Below, one piece after another: positions 7,982 to 17,431 of a stretch of DNA of 24,000 bases. Source of the stretch: an uncultured Methanosarcinales archaeon (GTDB lineage: Archaea > Nanobdellota > Nanobdellia > Woesearchaeales > GW2011-AR9); assembly GCA_964344235.1 (NCBI GenBank), contig CAYFMJ010000001.1, forward strand, positions 1 to 24,000. The letters run 5' to 3'. The stretch's first letter is position 1. Each line of letters begins with the position of its first letter. The position numbers and the translations under genes are program-made. The notes beneath the pieces are model-generated. The model ran no database searches and was not told the DNA's origin. It worked only from the letters and a program-made list of their open reading frames with translations.

Positions 7982-9741
7982 CCATAATACCAATTACCAT
8001 TACTTCGTTGCTCTCTGTCTTTGACGGAATTGGGTTTATTGATTCTTGGTCTATGGGAAGTAACATCTCGCCGTAAGGTAATATCAAGTGATTTCAAGAA
8101 CGTATTCATCCCTTCTTCCATACTAAATGGACCTTGTAACAAACCAGACTTAGCTGGTGTTCCTGTGAAGACAATAACTCTATCAGAAAGATAATCCATG
8201 AACATTAAATCGTGATCAACAACAAGTACAGTAACGTCTCGTTCCCGAGCAATATTTTTAATAACTTTAGAGATTGCTAGACGTTGTTCAACATCTAAGT
8301 AAGCAGAGGGTTCGTCTAACAAGAAGAGTTCTGCGTCTTTGGACAAGCAGTGAGCGATTGCCACACGTTGTAATTGTCCGCCAGATAATTGTGATAATTT
8401 TTGAGTGAATAGTTTCTCTAAGTCTAACGGTTTGATTAATTGGTTCGAATATTCAGCAATTGCTTCATGTAAAAACTCTGCTACTAATTGGTCAGAAGAA
8501 GAGTCAAGATATTGTGGTTTGTACGAGACTTTCACTTCTCCGTCAATCTTTCCGGAGTCTGCTTCAAAGATTCCGGCAAGTAGTTTAATGAAAGATGTTT
8601 TCCCAATACCGTTCTCACCGAGAATGCCAACGATTTCGTTTTTGTACAAGACACCGTTTTCCGTTGCTAAAGAAAAGTTACCTAACTGTTTCTGTACTTT
8701 TTCCCAGGCAATCAGTTGTTGTGGTAAGTGGGTTCGAGTTTCTTGTGTTCTGCCAAACTTTAATGGAGAAGCTCGGAAACGAACGTTTTCTTCTTTGAGA
8801 AATCCTTCTAAGAAAGCGTTAATTCCCTCTCGCGTTGACTTGACCCCTGAAACTACACCAAACACCCCCTCAGTTCCGTACATGATGTTTAAGAGATCTG
8901 TCATGTAATCTAAAATAATAAGGTCGTGTTCAATGACCACGGTAGAAGTGTCTGCCGTTGCTAAAGAGGAAATAAATTGGGAGATATTAATCCGTTGTTT
9001 AATGTCTAAGTAGGAAGACGGCTCGTCGAAGAGGAAGAGGTTTGCATCTTTCAAGACTGCAGCAGCAATCGCGACTCGTTGTAATTCCCCTCCAGAGATT
9101 TTAGAGACTTCAGTGTCGAGGAAATGTGTAAGGTTTAATTGTTCTGTTATTGTGGCAAGTTTATTGTTAGAGTCTACTCTGGTGAGCAGTTCTTTTACGG
9201 TTCCAGAGAATTGTCTGGGGATTAATTCCACCTGTTGTGGTTTATAGGAAAGAGTAATGTCGTTGTTTTGTAATTTCTCTAAGAATTTCTGTGTTTCGGA
9301 ACCTTTGAAGTAATTGATAACCTCTTTGAATTCTGGTGGGTCTTGCCAATTTCCTAAATTTGGCTTAAGGATATTAGCCATGATTTTAAGTGCTGTAGAC
9401 TTTCCAATACCGTTCTTTCCTAACATCCCGGTTACTTTGCCAAATAACGGTGTCGGGAGGGAGTAGAGTTCAAAGGCATTCTCACCATATCGATGGACAG
9501 GATCTTTTGTTAAGTGTGCTGGGAGGTTGATGATAGTAATAGCACCGAAAGGACATCTGTTAGGACAGATACCACAACCTGTGCAAAGCATTTCATCGAT
9601 CCTGGCTTTTTTATCGGGTTCACCAGGATAGACACAATCACCACCCGCTCGATTAACGGGGCACAATTTAGCACAGAGATAATTACCACATTCATTCGGG
9701 TGACATTTTTCTTTATCGATGACAGCTATTCGTTTTCGCAT
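7978..9741 (-). CDS. rli1: ABCE1/Rli1 ribosome recycling ATPase
   Basis: N-terminal Fe-S region (CHPNECGNYLCAKLCPVNRAGGDC, CTGCGICPNRCPFGAI) and two ABC domains (GKNGIGKST/SGGELQR/FDEPSSYLD and GENGIGKTS/SGGQLQR/LDEPSAYLD). Confidence 0.95.
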   Translation of the reverse strand: MRKRIAVIDKEKCHPNECGNYLCAKLCPVNRAGGDCVYPGEPDKKARIDEMLCTGCGICPNRCPFGAITIINLPAHLTKDPVHRYGENAFELYSLPTPLFGKVTGMLGKNGIGKSTALKIMANILKPNLGNWQDPPEFKEVINYFKGSETQKFLEKLQNNDITLSYKPQQVELIPRQFSGTVKELLTRVDSNNKLATITEQLNLTHFLDTEVSKISGGELQRVAIAAAVLKDANLFLFDEPSSYLDIKQRINISQFISSLATADTSTVVIEHDLIILDYMTDLLNIMYGTEGVFGVVSGVKSTREGINAFLEGFLKEENVRFRASPLKFGRTQETRTHLPQQLIAWEKVQKQLGNFSLATENGVLYKNEIVGILGENGIGKTSFIKLLAGIFEADSGKIDGEVKVSYKPQYLDSSSDQLVAEFLHEAIAEYSNQLIKPLDLEKLFTQKLSQLSGGQLQRVAIAHCLSKDAELFLLDEPSAYLDVEQRLAISKVIKNIARERDVTVLVVDHDLMFMDYLSDRVIVFTGTPAKSGLLQGPFSMEEGMNTFLKSLDITLRRDVTSHRPRINKPNSVKDREQRSNGNWYYG

Positions 9742-9830
9742 GATGGTATGGAAGAAAGTTGTTTTATATTAGTTTTGCTTTGGAAATGGGGAAACAAAAT
9801 TATTTAAAGAGAGTACATTTTGAAGTTTAT

Positions 9831-10154
9831 ATGAAAGGGGAACAGTCTACCAAATCAATGTCAAAGGGCAAACTCCAGGAGAAAGAGCCGGGAGAGATTG
9901 GGGAGAATATTACAACACAAGGTGTTCCATACGATTTTTTTGAAATTGGCGGAAGATACCGGGTTGGGGACGTTGAGATAGAGATCACTGAGCCATGTAA
10001 GCCTTGTTCTAATTTGCGATTGATGCCGTATGTTGGTGATGAAAAAATAACAGAGTTCATGAAAACAATGCTTCGGCGAAGGGGTTGGTATGCAAAAGTC
10101 ATTACAGAAGGTAAGGTGACTCAAGGAGATAGCATTGAGAGGTTAGTAGAGTAA
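9831..10154 (+). CDS. Short MOSC-domain protein
   Basis: ATG at 9831; PGEIGENITTQG...FEIGGRYRVGDVEIEITEPCKPCSNL is the MOSC core. The ORF track start (9759) is upstream, close to the divergent rli1 start. Confidence 0.75.
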   Translation: MKGEQSTKSMSKGKLQEKEPGEIGENITTQGVPYDFFEIGGRYRVGDVEIEITEPCKPCSNLRLMPYVGDEKITEFMKTMLRRRGWYAKVITEGKVTQGDSIERLVE

Positions 10155-10315
10155 TGGCAAAATGTTCAATTTGTAGTAATAAAATTGCAGAGTTATTTCT
10201 TGGAAAGTTAAAAGGCACAATTGTAAAGAAGCCAGGGAAGAGTAAGCAGTTCCCAGTATGTTTTGATTGTCAGAAGAAGTTTCAGAGTAAGGAAGCGTTG
10301 TTAGAGAAGCTTTAA
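10154..10315 (+). CDS. Small two-CxxC zinc-ribbon protein (53 aa), absent from the supplied ORF track
   Basis: ATG overlaps the preceding stop (TAATG). Translation: MAKCSICSNKIAELFLGKLKGTIVKKPGKSKQFPVCFDCQKKFQSKEALLEKL*. Confidence 0.78.
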   Translation: MAKCSICSNKIAELFLGKLKGTIVKKPGKSKQFPVCFDCQKKFQSKEALLEKL

Positions 10316-10884
10316 ACACTGGCAGCAAGTTGTTCTAAAGGCCTTTCCTCAGTGTCAATACGGTAGACCTTTCTCTTTGGGTCCAGAATACTATGAGCTC
10401 GCCAAGGTCTTTTATAGTACTCCCTCAAAGCGGCGAGAATTGCCTCTTGAGATTGTCCATGAAAAACTGCAGCGCGTCTGTCACCCCAATCATACATGTT
10501 GTGTGTTAAGTCAACCGCAACAAATGTGGTTGGAGGAATATAGATCAGACCTTTCGTGTCAAAATGGCTTTGTTGCAAACGGCCACCGCGCAGCTCAAAA
10601 TAGCTGGCGTGAGGGAATGTTCCAAAAAGCGTGGGTTCTTCATCTTCTTCAGCTAAAAGTAATCCAAATTCCCTTACCGCTTCATAACAAAAATTTTGGA
10701 AGTGGCCCTCCGTTCTAATATCAGCTCTACGAATATCTCCCTGCTGCCTGAAGAAAGCGGGAAAAGCAAATTCTAACACTTCAGCAAGAGGTTCTAATTC
10801 TACACCAAAGTTCATCGCCACTGGGCGTGACCGTAAGTCGTATTGCACAGTACAGCCATGCATTTTTCTTAGTGCTTGTGACAT
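10312..10884 (-). CDS. Hypothetical protein
   Basis: 190-aa ORF, convergent with a 4-nt overlap with the zinc-ribbon gene; no recognised motif. Confidence 0.6.
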   Translation of the reverse strand: MSQALRKMHGCTVQYDLRSRPVAMNFGVELEPLAEVLEFAFPAFFRQQGDIRRADIRTEGHFQNFCYEAVREFGLLLAEEDEEPTLFGTFPHASYFELRGGRLQQSHFDTKGLIYIPPTTFVAVDLTHNMYDWGDRRAAVFHGQSQEAILAALREYYKRPWRAHSILDPKRKVYRIDTEERPLEQLAASV

Positions 10885-10969
10885 ATTTATCGCAGAAGTT
10901 ATGTTTTTTAAGAATGTTTGGGAGAATTATGAATAATTTTAAAAATGAGGTGTTTCTGCAGTGAAATGC

Positions 10970-11041
10970 GCCCTCGTGGCTTAGTGGTATAGCGGCTGCC
11001 TCGTAAGCAGCAGGTCGTGGGTTCAAATCCCACCGAGGGCT
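10970..11041 (+). tRNA. tRNA-Thr (anticodon CGT), no encoded CCA, intronless
   Basis: Acceptor GCCCTCG/CGAGGGC; anticodon arm GCTGC-CTCGTAA-GCAGC with anticodon CGT; T arm GTGGG-TTCAAAT-CCCAC; followed by a T-run. Confidence 0.93.
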
Positions 11042-11116
11042 TTTTATTCTGATAATTTATTTATACTATAATTCTTTTCAGAGTCCATGGTTTTATGGGA
11101 AGGCCATTTCGGCCAG

Positions 11117-11278
11117 ATGTTTGGAAAGTGTAAACATTGTAACCATGCTATTGCAGAAATCAAAGGAGAATGGCATCACGAAACATGGGACAGAGACCAT
11201 GAGGGTAAGACATGTAACATTCGTTGGATTAAGCAAGAGTTTCGAGGCCTGTGCGATTGTACATCTCCAAAACCATAG
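11117..11278 (+). CDS. Small Cys/His-rich putative zinc-binding protein
   Basis: MFGKCKHCNHAIAEIKGEWHHETWDRDHEGKTCNIRWIKQEFRGLCDCTSPKP; alternative start at 11087. Confidence 0.55.
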   Translation: MFGKCKHCNHAIAEIKGEWHHETWDRDHEGKTCNIRWIKQEFRGLCDCTSPKP

Positions 11279-11322
11279 TATTCTTTCCTAAATTTTATAA
11301 AACGATAATAGAAGTGGGATGT

Positions 11323-12165
11323 ATGAAAACGTTATTGATCGGAGAGATACACCTAGATGCGGAGAAGTTGCTGCAAGAGGGCACCGATTTGCAACACATG
11401 TCCAATGAACAGTTTTGTGCTGTCGCTGATTTCCCAGAAGTAGAAGCGTTGGTGCTACGAACGTTTACGCATTGTAAGAAGAATGAATTAGATTTCTTTC
11501 CACAATTGAAGTATATTGTTATTTGTAGTGTTGGTGTGAATAATTTAGATTTAGAGGAGATGGAGAAGAGGGGAATTACATTAATTCATGTTCCAGGCAC
11601 AAATGCCAATAGTGTGGCGGAGCATACATTGTATTTGTTATTTTCATTATTGCGAGAAGATGTGAAGAAGCCATTTGCTGAGTTAGAAGGAAAGACAATT
11701 GGAATTATTGGTTTAGGACATATTGGAAAATTAGTAGCGAGAAAAATGAAAGGGTTTGGTTGTAAGGTTATTGCGTTTGATGTGATTGAGCAAGATGAGG
11801 GAGTGTTGAGAGAACTACAGGTTGAGATGAAATCGTTTGAAGAAGTGTTGGGAAGTGATGTGGTAACAGTGCATGTTCCTTTGAATAAGCACACAAAGCA
11901 TTTGATTAATGAAGATGCTTTCTCTAAGATGAGAGAGGGTGCTTTTTTTATCAATACAAGCAGAGAAGAAGTGATTGATGAGGATGCATTAGTAAAGTTA
12001 CAATCAAAGTTCCGAGGGATTGGGTTAGATGTGTATTCTGAGAAACTGAAACAATTAGAAGGCAACGTTGTATTAACAGATCATGTGGCTGCACAGGGAG
12101 AGGAAAGTTTTAGGCAGCAATGTGTCAAACCAGTAGAAAAATTTCTAGAATCTATGCAGCGTTAA
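11323..12165 (+). CDS. D-isomer specific 2-hydroxyacid dehydrogenase family (SerA/GyaR-like)
   Basis: NAD-binding GKTIGIIGLGHIGKLVARKMKGFGCKVIAFD; HVPLNKHTKHLINEDAFSKMREGAFFINTSREEVIDEDAL; ATG at 11323 (MKTLLIGEIHLD) preceded by a TATA-like element. Confidence 0.85.
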   Translation: MKTLLIGEIHLDAEKLLQEGTDLQHMSNEQFCAVADFPEVEALVLRTFTHCKKNELDFFPQLKYIVICSVGVNNLDLEEMEKRGITLIHVPGTNANSVAEHTLYLLFSLLREDVKKPFAELEGKTIGIIGLGHIGKLVARKMKGFGCKVIAFDVIEQDEGVLRELQVEMKSFEEVLGSDVVTVHVPLNKHTKHLINEDAFSKMREGAFFINTSREEVIDEDALVKLQSKFRGIGLDVYSEKLKQLEGNVVLTDHVAAQGEESFRQQCVKPVEKFLESMQR

Positions 12166-13930
12166 GTACACCAATAACATCTTGCTGTATTGGAATTCTC
12201 TTTTTATCACACATGTGAAGGAATGCTGTTAAAATTGCTTTCTTGGCATGCATACTTGATAGTAAGTCAATACGAGTTTCTATGTGGTAACGATCTTCGA
12301 CCTGTTGTCTATCAGACTTACCAGTAGCTTTGACATCTGGCTTAGCATAATGGGAACCAGAAAGTAATTGCCGTTTTATATTGCGTTCGATGTCATGTTT
12401 CCGACGTTCCCTTGTTGGTAAAGTTCTAACAAGTTTCTCTAAGAACATTCTGTTTTCGGGGTGGTTCATGAGAGCCATACGAGGCTGCACCAAGTCATCA
12501 TCAAATGTTCCCCCAAAGAAGACTAAATCCTCATCAAACAATCGGTAGTGTGGGCCGTATTCAATACTGGTTACTTCACCGCGAGAGCTGGATACAAGAA
12601 CGACGGGAATGCCACTCTCTCTACAGGCAGCAAGAGGATGCCTATATGATTCAACAGGATCTTTCATTCGTAAACCAGCTGAACCAGTCGCTTGGATAAT
12701 CATCCCTGACAGATCTCCGCCAGTACGATCAATTATAGTCTGTAAGAGAATTGGGTCAGTTGAACTTTTTAACGAGAGGATGCCGGAGAAGTCTAAATCG
12801 TCGTTTGGAACTCCAGAATATTCTTCCCAGAATTCTGTGATCGTTCTTACCATTTGGGGGGAGTATCCTCCCTCTCGAGCTAAAAGAATCCCAAATACTC
12901 CCATTAAATGTTCGCGCTCAAGAAGTGTTCTTTTATCACGCTGGCGACGCAGGTTTTCAACTAACATAAAATAATGAGGTATTCGGCCGACAACTCTGCC
13001 TTTAAGGTTCATGGTATCGATGAGTGTTTCAATGTCATTAGCTATTCTACTCGGAGAATCGTTCGTTGGACGGCGTTTCAGTTCTTTCATACGTTCAGAA
13101 CCATACCCCAATAAGTGCGGTAAAGGAACCCTCCCCCTTCCACCAACAACTTTTGTATCAGCATAATCTAATGTGCCATCTCGAACTTCACGAAAATATT
13201 CAATTGCATCACGGATATACTTAAAAGGGTCTTGTCTCCTTCTTCTTTCAACTGCTCTGATAGCCCCCCCACTATCTAAGAGCTCTTCCAATTTGACTCG
13301 AGCAAAATAACTTCGCGTTCTTTCTTCATACCGTCTTTGATCTACTTCGGTCCCCTCTTGCCATCGGGGCGCAAGCTGAAAAGAACCCGGGCGGCGAAAA
13401 TTTTTTGCATAATGGCGCGTGTGCCAGTCAACTGCCCCGGAAGGAGTATCGTGTCTGCTCGTAATAATAACACCATTCGGACGGACTGCGAACACACCTG
13501 AACCATCACCATGAGCAGCAAAGATTCCTGCAGTAAGTGTATTAACGGGAGCGTCGGAGCCAACTTTTTCTGGTCCTTTGATTGAACCTAAGAACACAAC
13601 AGGATAACGCCACATTTCATTACCCATTAACGCCAGAGTTGGTGCAGCTAAATTCATGGTATCCGTGCCATAGGAGATAATAACGCCGTCTTTTTGCCCG
13701 GCATAATGGACTACGGTTTTTCCCAATTCAAGAATGTCAACCCGAGGGTGATCCGAACTATCACCAGATGCACGAACTGGGAACGCTTCATAACTAGTAT
13801 AAGGGACTTGGCCCAATGTTGTGAGTAGTGTGTCTTGAGCTGCAGGATCGACGTCTCGTGGTCCGGCTCCCGTTACACCACTGCCAATTGTACCGCCCGT
13901 TGCAGTGTAAAAAAACCTTCGTGTTCGCAT
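12152..13930 (-). CDS. Asparaginase/glutaminase-fold protein with large internal insertion
   Basis: YTATGGTIGSG, DGVIISYGTDTM, VVFLGSIKG...D.PVNTLTA, SGMIIQATGSAG match the two-domain L-asparaginase fold. ATG at 13930 (MRTRRFFYTATGG) has a TATA-like element about 25 nt upstream. Confidence 0.75.
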   Translation of the reverse strand: MRTRRFFYTATGGTIGSGVTGAGPRDVDPAAQDTLLTTLGQVPYTSYEAFPVRASGDSSDHPRVDILELGKTVVHYAGQKDGVIISYGTDTMNLAAPTLALMGNEMWRYPVVFLGSIKGPEKVGSDAPVNTLTAGIFAAHGDGSGVFAVRPNGVIITSRHDTPSGAVDWHTRHYAKNFRRPGSFQLAPRWQEGTEVDQRRYEERTRSYFARVKLEELLDSGGAIRAVERRRRQDPFKYIRDAIEYFREVRDGTLDYADTKVVGGRGRVPLPHLLGYGSERMKELKRRPTNDSPSRIANDIETLIDTMNLKGRVVGRIPHYFMLVENLRRQRDKRTLLEREHLMGVFGILLAREGGYSPQMVRTITEFWEEYSGVPNDDLDFSGILSLKSSTDPILLQTIIDRTGGDLSGMIIQATGSAGLRMKDPVESYRHPLAACRESGIPVVLVSSSRGEVTSIEYGPHYRLFDEDLVFFGGTFDDDLVQPRMALMNHPENRMFLEKLVRTLPTRERRKHDIERNIKRQLLSGSHYAKPDVKATGKSDRQQVEDRYHIETRIDLLSSMHAKKAILTAFLHMCDKKRIPIQQDVIGVLNAA

Positions 13931-14047
13931 GGGAACTATAAAAAACGCCACATTATAAATGTTACTACTGTCGATGAACAAAATAAAAAAATAAGAGGTG
14001 AACTCAAAAGCAAAACATTCTTAAAGAGAGTTTGTCTCGAGGGGAGA

Positions 14048-14818
14048 ATGGACAAGGAGCCAGCTAAAAAAGCCGACGTTGAGACGAAAGAAGAACCAGT
14101 GATTCAGCCAGCACAGGTTGAAGAGCCAGAGATGTCTTCTGCAGAAATTTCAAAGGAAGCGATGTCCGTTAACCCTAAAGATAGGAAGTTTATTTTTATC
14201 GTTACAGGAGTCGTGATTTTATTATTTATTCTCGCTGTTGGTGGTTTAAAGATTACTGAATCATTTACAGGAGCGGCTGTTCTTTCAGTTGAAGAATTGC
14301 ATCAAAAGAACCTTGCGGGAGAATTACATGACGATAGGGGTTTGATGTATAATGGGTTTAGTTTTGTGAAGTATGAAGGGTTGTGGTGGACCGATTTATT
14401 GATTGGAGAGAGAAGAGTAAGAGTGCCGTTACATTTTAGTCCGGCTGAGGTGCAGGACATTCCAGTTACGGGCGAATTAGATTCGGGGTTTAATGCTGGA
14501 AACAGTGTATACTTAGCGATTGACCCAACTGTTGTGAGTGGACATTACGTTGTAGCGATGCGAGAATTAGGTGCGAATATTGCACAAGGTATTGGCCGAG
14601 ATTCTATTGGAGCGTGTACTACTGAACATGAGGGATGTGAGGATAGAGAAATTTTAAGTTGTGACAATACGCAAGGAAAGCCAGTTATTGAATTAGCAAT
14701 TGCAGAGGAAGCCGGTGTAGAGTTGAATGGTAGCTGTATCAAGATTAAGGGAACAGATTATGAGCTTCTACAGGCAACTGCACGATTGATCTATAAGTGG
14801 TACCAAGTTATGCCTTAG
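14048..14818 (+). CDS. Hypothetical single-pass membrane protein
   Basis: ATG at 14048 (MDKEPAKKADVE...); TM helix FIFIVTGVVILLFILAVGGL; extracytoplasmic Cys-containing domain (CTTEHEGCEDREILSC). Confidence 0.7.
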   Translation: MDKEPAKKADVETKEEPVIQPAQVEEPEMSSAEISKEAMSVNPKDRKFIFIVTGVVILLFILAVGGLKITESFTGAAVLSVEELHQKNLAGELHDDRGLMYNGFSFVKYEGLWWTDLLIGERRVRVPLHFSPAEVQDIPVTGELDSGFNAGNSVYLAIDPTVVSGHYVVAMRELGANIAQGIGRDSIGACTTEHEGCEDREILSCDNTQGKPVIELAIAEEAGVELNGSCIKIKGTDYELLQATARLIYKWYQVMP

Positions 14819-15900
14819 AAGAGGTATTTGGCAAATAAAAGAAACCGCGGTTCTTTGAACAACGAAAGGGTGACAAGTGGAATCGGGTTATCACGAGTGT
14901 ATCTTTCAAAAATGTTCTGAATTTTAGGTTGTTTGACGTACCGAATAAGTCTGTCCCAGTCTTTATCTGAGAACTTTGCAAGAATTTTCTGAATAACGAG
15001 ATGTAACCAAAGTTTACGTCGTAATGGCGTGAGGTGGAGGTAATAATTACGGTTTTCGTTAATACATTTTACAAGGGTTTGTACTTGTTTCATCGCCGGA
15101 ACGATGCCGCCCAGTGTTGTTGCTTTCACATAGGAAGAAGCATCCCCAACAAGAAAACAATTCCCTAGTTGCACTCGTTGTAATGGGTGGTACACAGGAA
15201 TAGTGCCAGCTTGCATTTCCTTTGCTGTGAAGGCATGCTCTTTCATGAACTTGTCAAAGTACTGTTTTGATTTACTTCTCATTGCTAAGCCAACACGTGC
15301 CGTTGTGGGCGATTCTGGAACGACCCACGCAAATAAGCCAGGACAAACATTCTTTCCAAAATATGTTTTGATGGTGTGTGGCTCAAAGTTTCCTTCAACA
15401 ACTGCTTGCACACCATAATAATTCTTTCTCCGTTTGTTATAGAAACCAAATGCTTTTGCAGTAGGGGAGAGAGGTCCATCAGCAGCAATGATGATGTCCG
15501 GTGTGACACGGATCTCTTTGTTTGTGGTTGAATTCTTAATGATAAGAGTATCGTCTTCCCGACGTTGAAATGAATGGTTAATGTGAATCACTGCTCCTTC
15601 TTTCTTTGCGAGGTCGGCGAAGAAATTGTCAAATTTTGTTCTGCAGACAATGTAGTCCTTTTGTGTAATTTTTAATGAATCATTGGGAGAAAAGACTTCA
15701 ATCGTATCAATAGTATTTACAAGAAAAGAGTCCATAGGAAAGTTGAATTCATCAAAATCTGATGTGAGTATGCCAGTGCATTGAATTGGGGCCCCTATAG
15801 AAGGGTGGTTTTCATAGATTGTAACATTGTGGCCAGTCTTTGCAAGAAGATAGCCAGCATAACAGCCAATAGGGCCTGCGCCAATGATCATAATGTTCAT
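14815..15900 (-). CDS. Geranylgeranyl reductase family FAD-dependent oxidoreductase
   Basis: IIGAGPIGCYAGYLLAKTGHNVTIYE, IIAADGPLSPTAKAFG, CFLVGDASSYVKATTLGGIVPAM. Confidence 0.88.
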   Translation of the reverse strand: MNIMIIGAGPIGCYAGYLLAKTGHNVTIYENHPSIGAPIQCTGILTSDFDEFNFPMDSFLVNTIDTIEVFSPNDSLKITQKDYIVCRTKFDNFFADLAKKEGAVIHINHSFQRREDDTLIIKNSTTNKEIRVTPDIIIAADGPLSPTAKAFGFYNKRRKNYYGVQAVVEGNFEPHTIKTYFGKNVCPGLFAWVVPESPTTARVGLAMRSKSKQYFDKFMKEHAFTAKEMQAGTIPVYHPLQRVQLGNCFLVGDASSYVKATTLGGIVPAMKQVQTLVKCINENRNYYLHLTPLRRKLWLHLVIQKILAKFSDKDWDRLIRYVKQPKIQNIFERYTRDNPIPLVTLSLFKEPRFLLFAKYLF

Positions 15901-15942
15901 GGTGAATGTAAAAATTAACTAATTAAAAAGCTTATCAAACAA

Positions 15943-15975
15943 AAGAAGAAAAAAAGAAGAAAAAAAAGATTGGAG
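15943..15975 (-). terminator. Poly-T-rich tract downstream of the surface protein gene
   Basis: Plus-strand run of the type AAAAGAAGAAAAAAAGAAGAAAAAAAAG, i.e. T-rich on the minus strand just after the gene stop at 15989. Confidence 0.45.
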
Positions 15976-15988
15976 GAAGATACCCCAC

Positions 15989-17269
15989 TTAGTAATATGT
16001 TGGGTCTTCACCCTCGTCGTCTCTTCGTAGTCTTGAGAAGCCAATGATCAAGCCGATCACAACTAATAGGACCACTAAAACGATTAAGGCAATCTCTAAA
16101 CCGTCACGTAAGCTCTGGTTGCTTCCGCTCTGGGTTCCAGGAACAACGTTTGCTTCTAACATAACAGTTTGGAGTTCTTCTCCATCTGCGCTAACTGTTA
16201 CAGCAACTGCTTGTGCAGCTGCAGGTGTACCAGCGTTTGGAGTTACGTCAACAGTAACAATTTTGTGTTGACCTGGTCCTAGAACAACCAGTGCATCACT
16301 CTTTGAAACGCTTGCCCAGTCACCAGCTACAACATCAACGGTGTATGCTTCTGTACTGGTTCCAGTGTTCATTAGAGCAACAAAGTAACTTGCTGTAGCT
16401 CCCGTAAGAACGCTCTGCGTTTGAGGGCCAACTTGCAAAGTTAACTCTGAAACTTCTTGGAACATTTCGTTCTCAACAACCTGGATTTGGTATGTTTTTG
16501 TAACAGTTTCGTGGAAATTGTCGTATTGAGCAGAGACAACTAATTCGTATGTTCCTGCAGCAGTGTTACTTGGAATCTGTAAAGCCATTTCAGGAACATC
16601 TTCGAAGTCAAAGTTACCGTCATCATCTGTGTTTACTTCATCTACAATTTCAAACGCGCTAACGCCTAATTGTGGAATGGAAACGGATACTTTAACATCT
16701 TCTTCATCCTTCTCACCGAAGTTCTCTAGTAATACTGTGGTGAACAAGTGTCGACCAGCTTTTACTGTGGAACTTGGTGCAAAAGAAACATCTGCGATGT
16801 CTACTGCGTGACGCTGAGCTTCAACGGAAAGCTGAACAACTGTTTCGAATGCTGCTGTGTTTTTATCCATAACACGCACACGTAACCAGTAGTTCTCATC
16901 GTTTTCCAACTCATGCGGTAAATCTAAGTCTAAACTTACTTTCTTTGTGGTACCTGCTTTAATGTTGAACAATTCTGTGGTTGCTTCTAACTCATCAAAG
17001 TCGTTGTATTCGAAACCGCTAATTTCGATTTCAACTTCAAGGTCTTCAAGAGTTTCAGAACCTAAGTTCTCCAATGCTAGGTCAACTTCAATTGTTTCGC
17101 CTTCTTCTACAGCGAAAATTTCATCACCATCACCTGCTCCGAAGTTAACGTCGTGTTCGTTAACTTCTAACTCTGCGATGAACAAATCGTTACCATCTAA
17201 AGCGCTTACTAAGGAAAAGCTCAAAACGCTAAAGACAAACAATGCCATCAAAATGGTTAGTTTTCTCAT
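15989..17269 (-). CDS. COG1361-like/CARDB-like surface protein with signal peptide and C-terminal TM anchor
   Basis: Signal peptide; repeated Ig-like segments (IEVDLALENLGSETLEDLEVEIEI; TVLLENFGEKDEEDVKVSVSI; GSYTYELVVSAQY-like); TM ALIVLVVLLVVIGLIIGFSRLRRDDEG. SD GGAGG upstream. Confidence 0.82.
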   Translation of the reverse strand: MRKLTILMALFVFSVLSFSLVSALDGNDLFIAELEVNEHDVNFGAGDGDEIFAVEEGETIEVDLALENLGSETLEDLEVEIEISGFEYNDFDELEATTELFNIKAGTTKKVSLDLDLPHELENDENYWLRVRVMDKNTAAFETVVQLSVEAQRHAVDIADVSFAPSSTVKAGRHLFTTVLLENFGEKDEEDVKVSVSIPQLGVSAFEIVDEVNTDDDGNFDFEDVPEMALQIPSNTAAGTYELVVSAQYDNFHETVTKTYQIQVVENEMFQEVSELTLQVGPQTQSVLTGATASYFVALMNTGTSTEAYTVDVVAGDWASVSKSDALVVLGPGQHKIVTVDVTPNAGTPAAAQAVAVTVSADGEELQTVMLEANVVPGTQSGSNQSLRDGLEIALIVLVVLLVVIGLIIGFSRLRRDDEGEDPTYY

Positions 17270-17336
17270 TTTTATCTTCCTCCAAATCTCTATAAAAGAG
17301 CATTATGGTTTCTTTTAACACCTCAAAACCTGGATC

Positions 17337-17399
17337 CTATATAAATGTTTCGCAAAAGTGAGTATTGGAGAGTAATTACACTTGTTTGCTATTGCGAAA
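17337..17399. promoter_or_regulatory. TATA box (minus strand) abutted by inverted repeat TTTCGCAA...TTGCGAAA
   Basis: TATATAAAT on the plus strand at about 17338-17346 (minus-strand TTTATATA); TTTCGCAAAAGTG at 17348-17360 and CACTT (17379-17383) plus TTGCGAAA (17392-17399). Confidence 0.5.
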
Positions 17400-17431
17400 T
17401 GACTATTATCTAACATCTTTTAGGAACGTAT

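Noticed and set aside
16947-17318. Plus-strand 123-aa ORF opposite the surface protein gene
   Set aside because: Ser-rich antisense shadow of acidic coding sequence; no independent signals.
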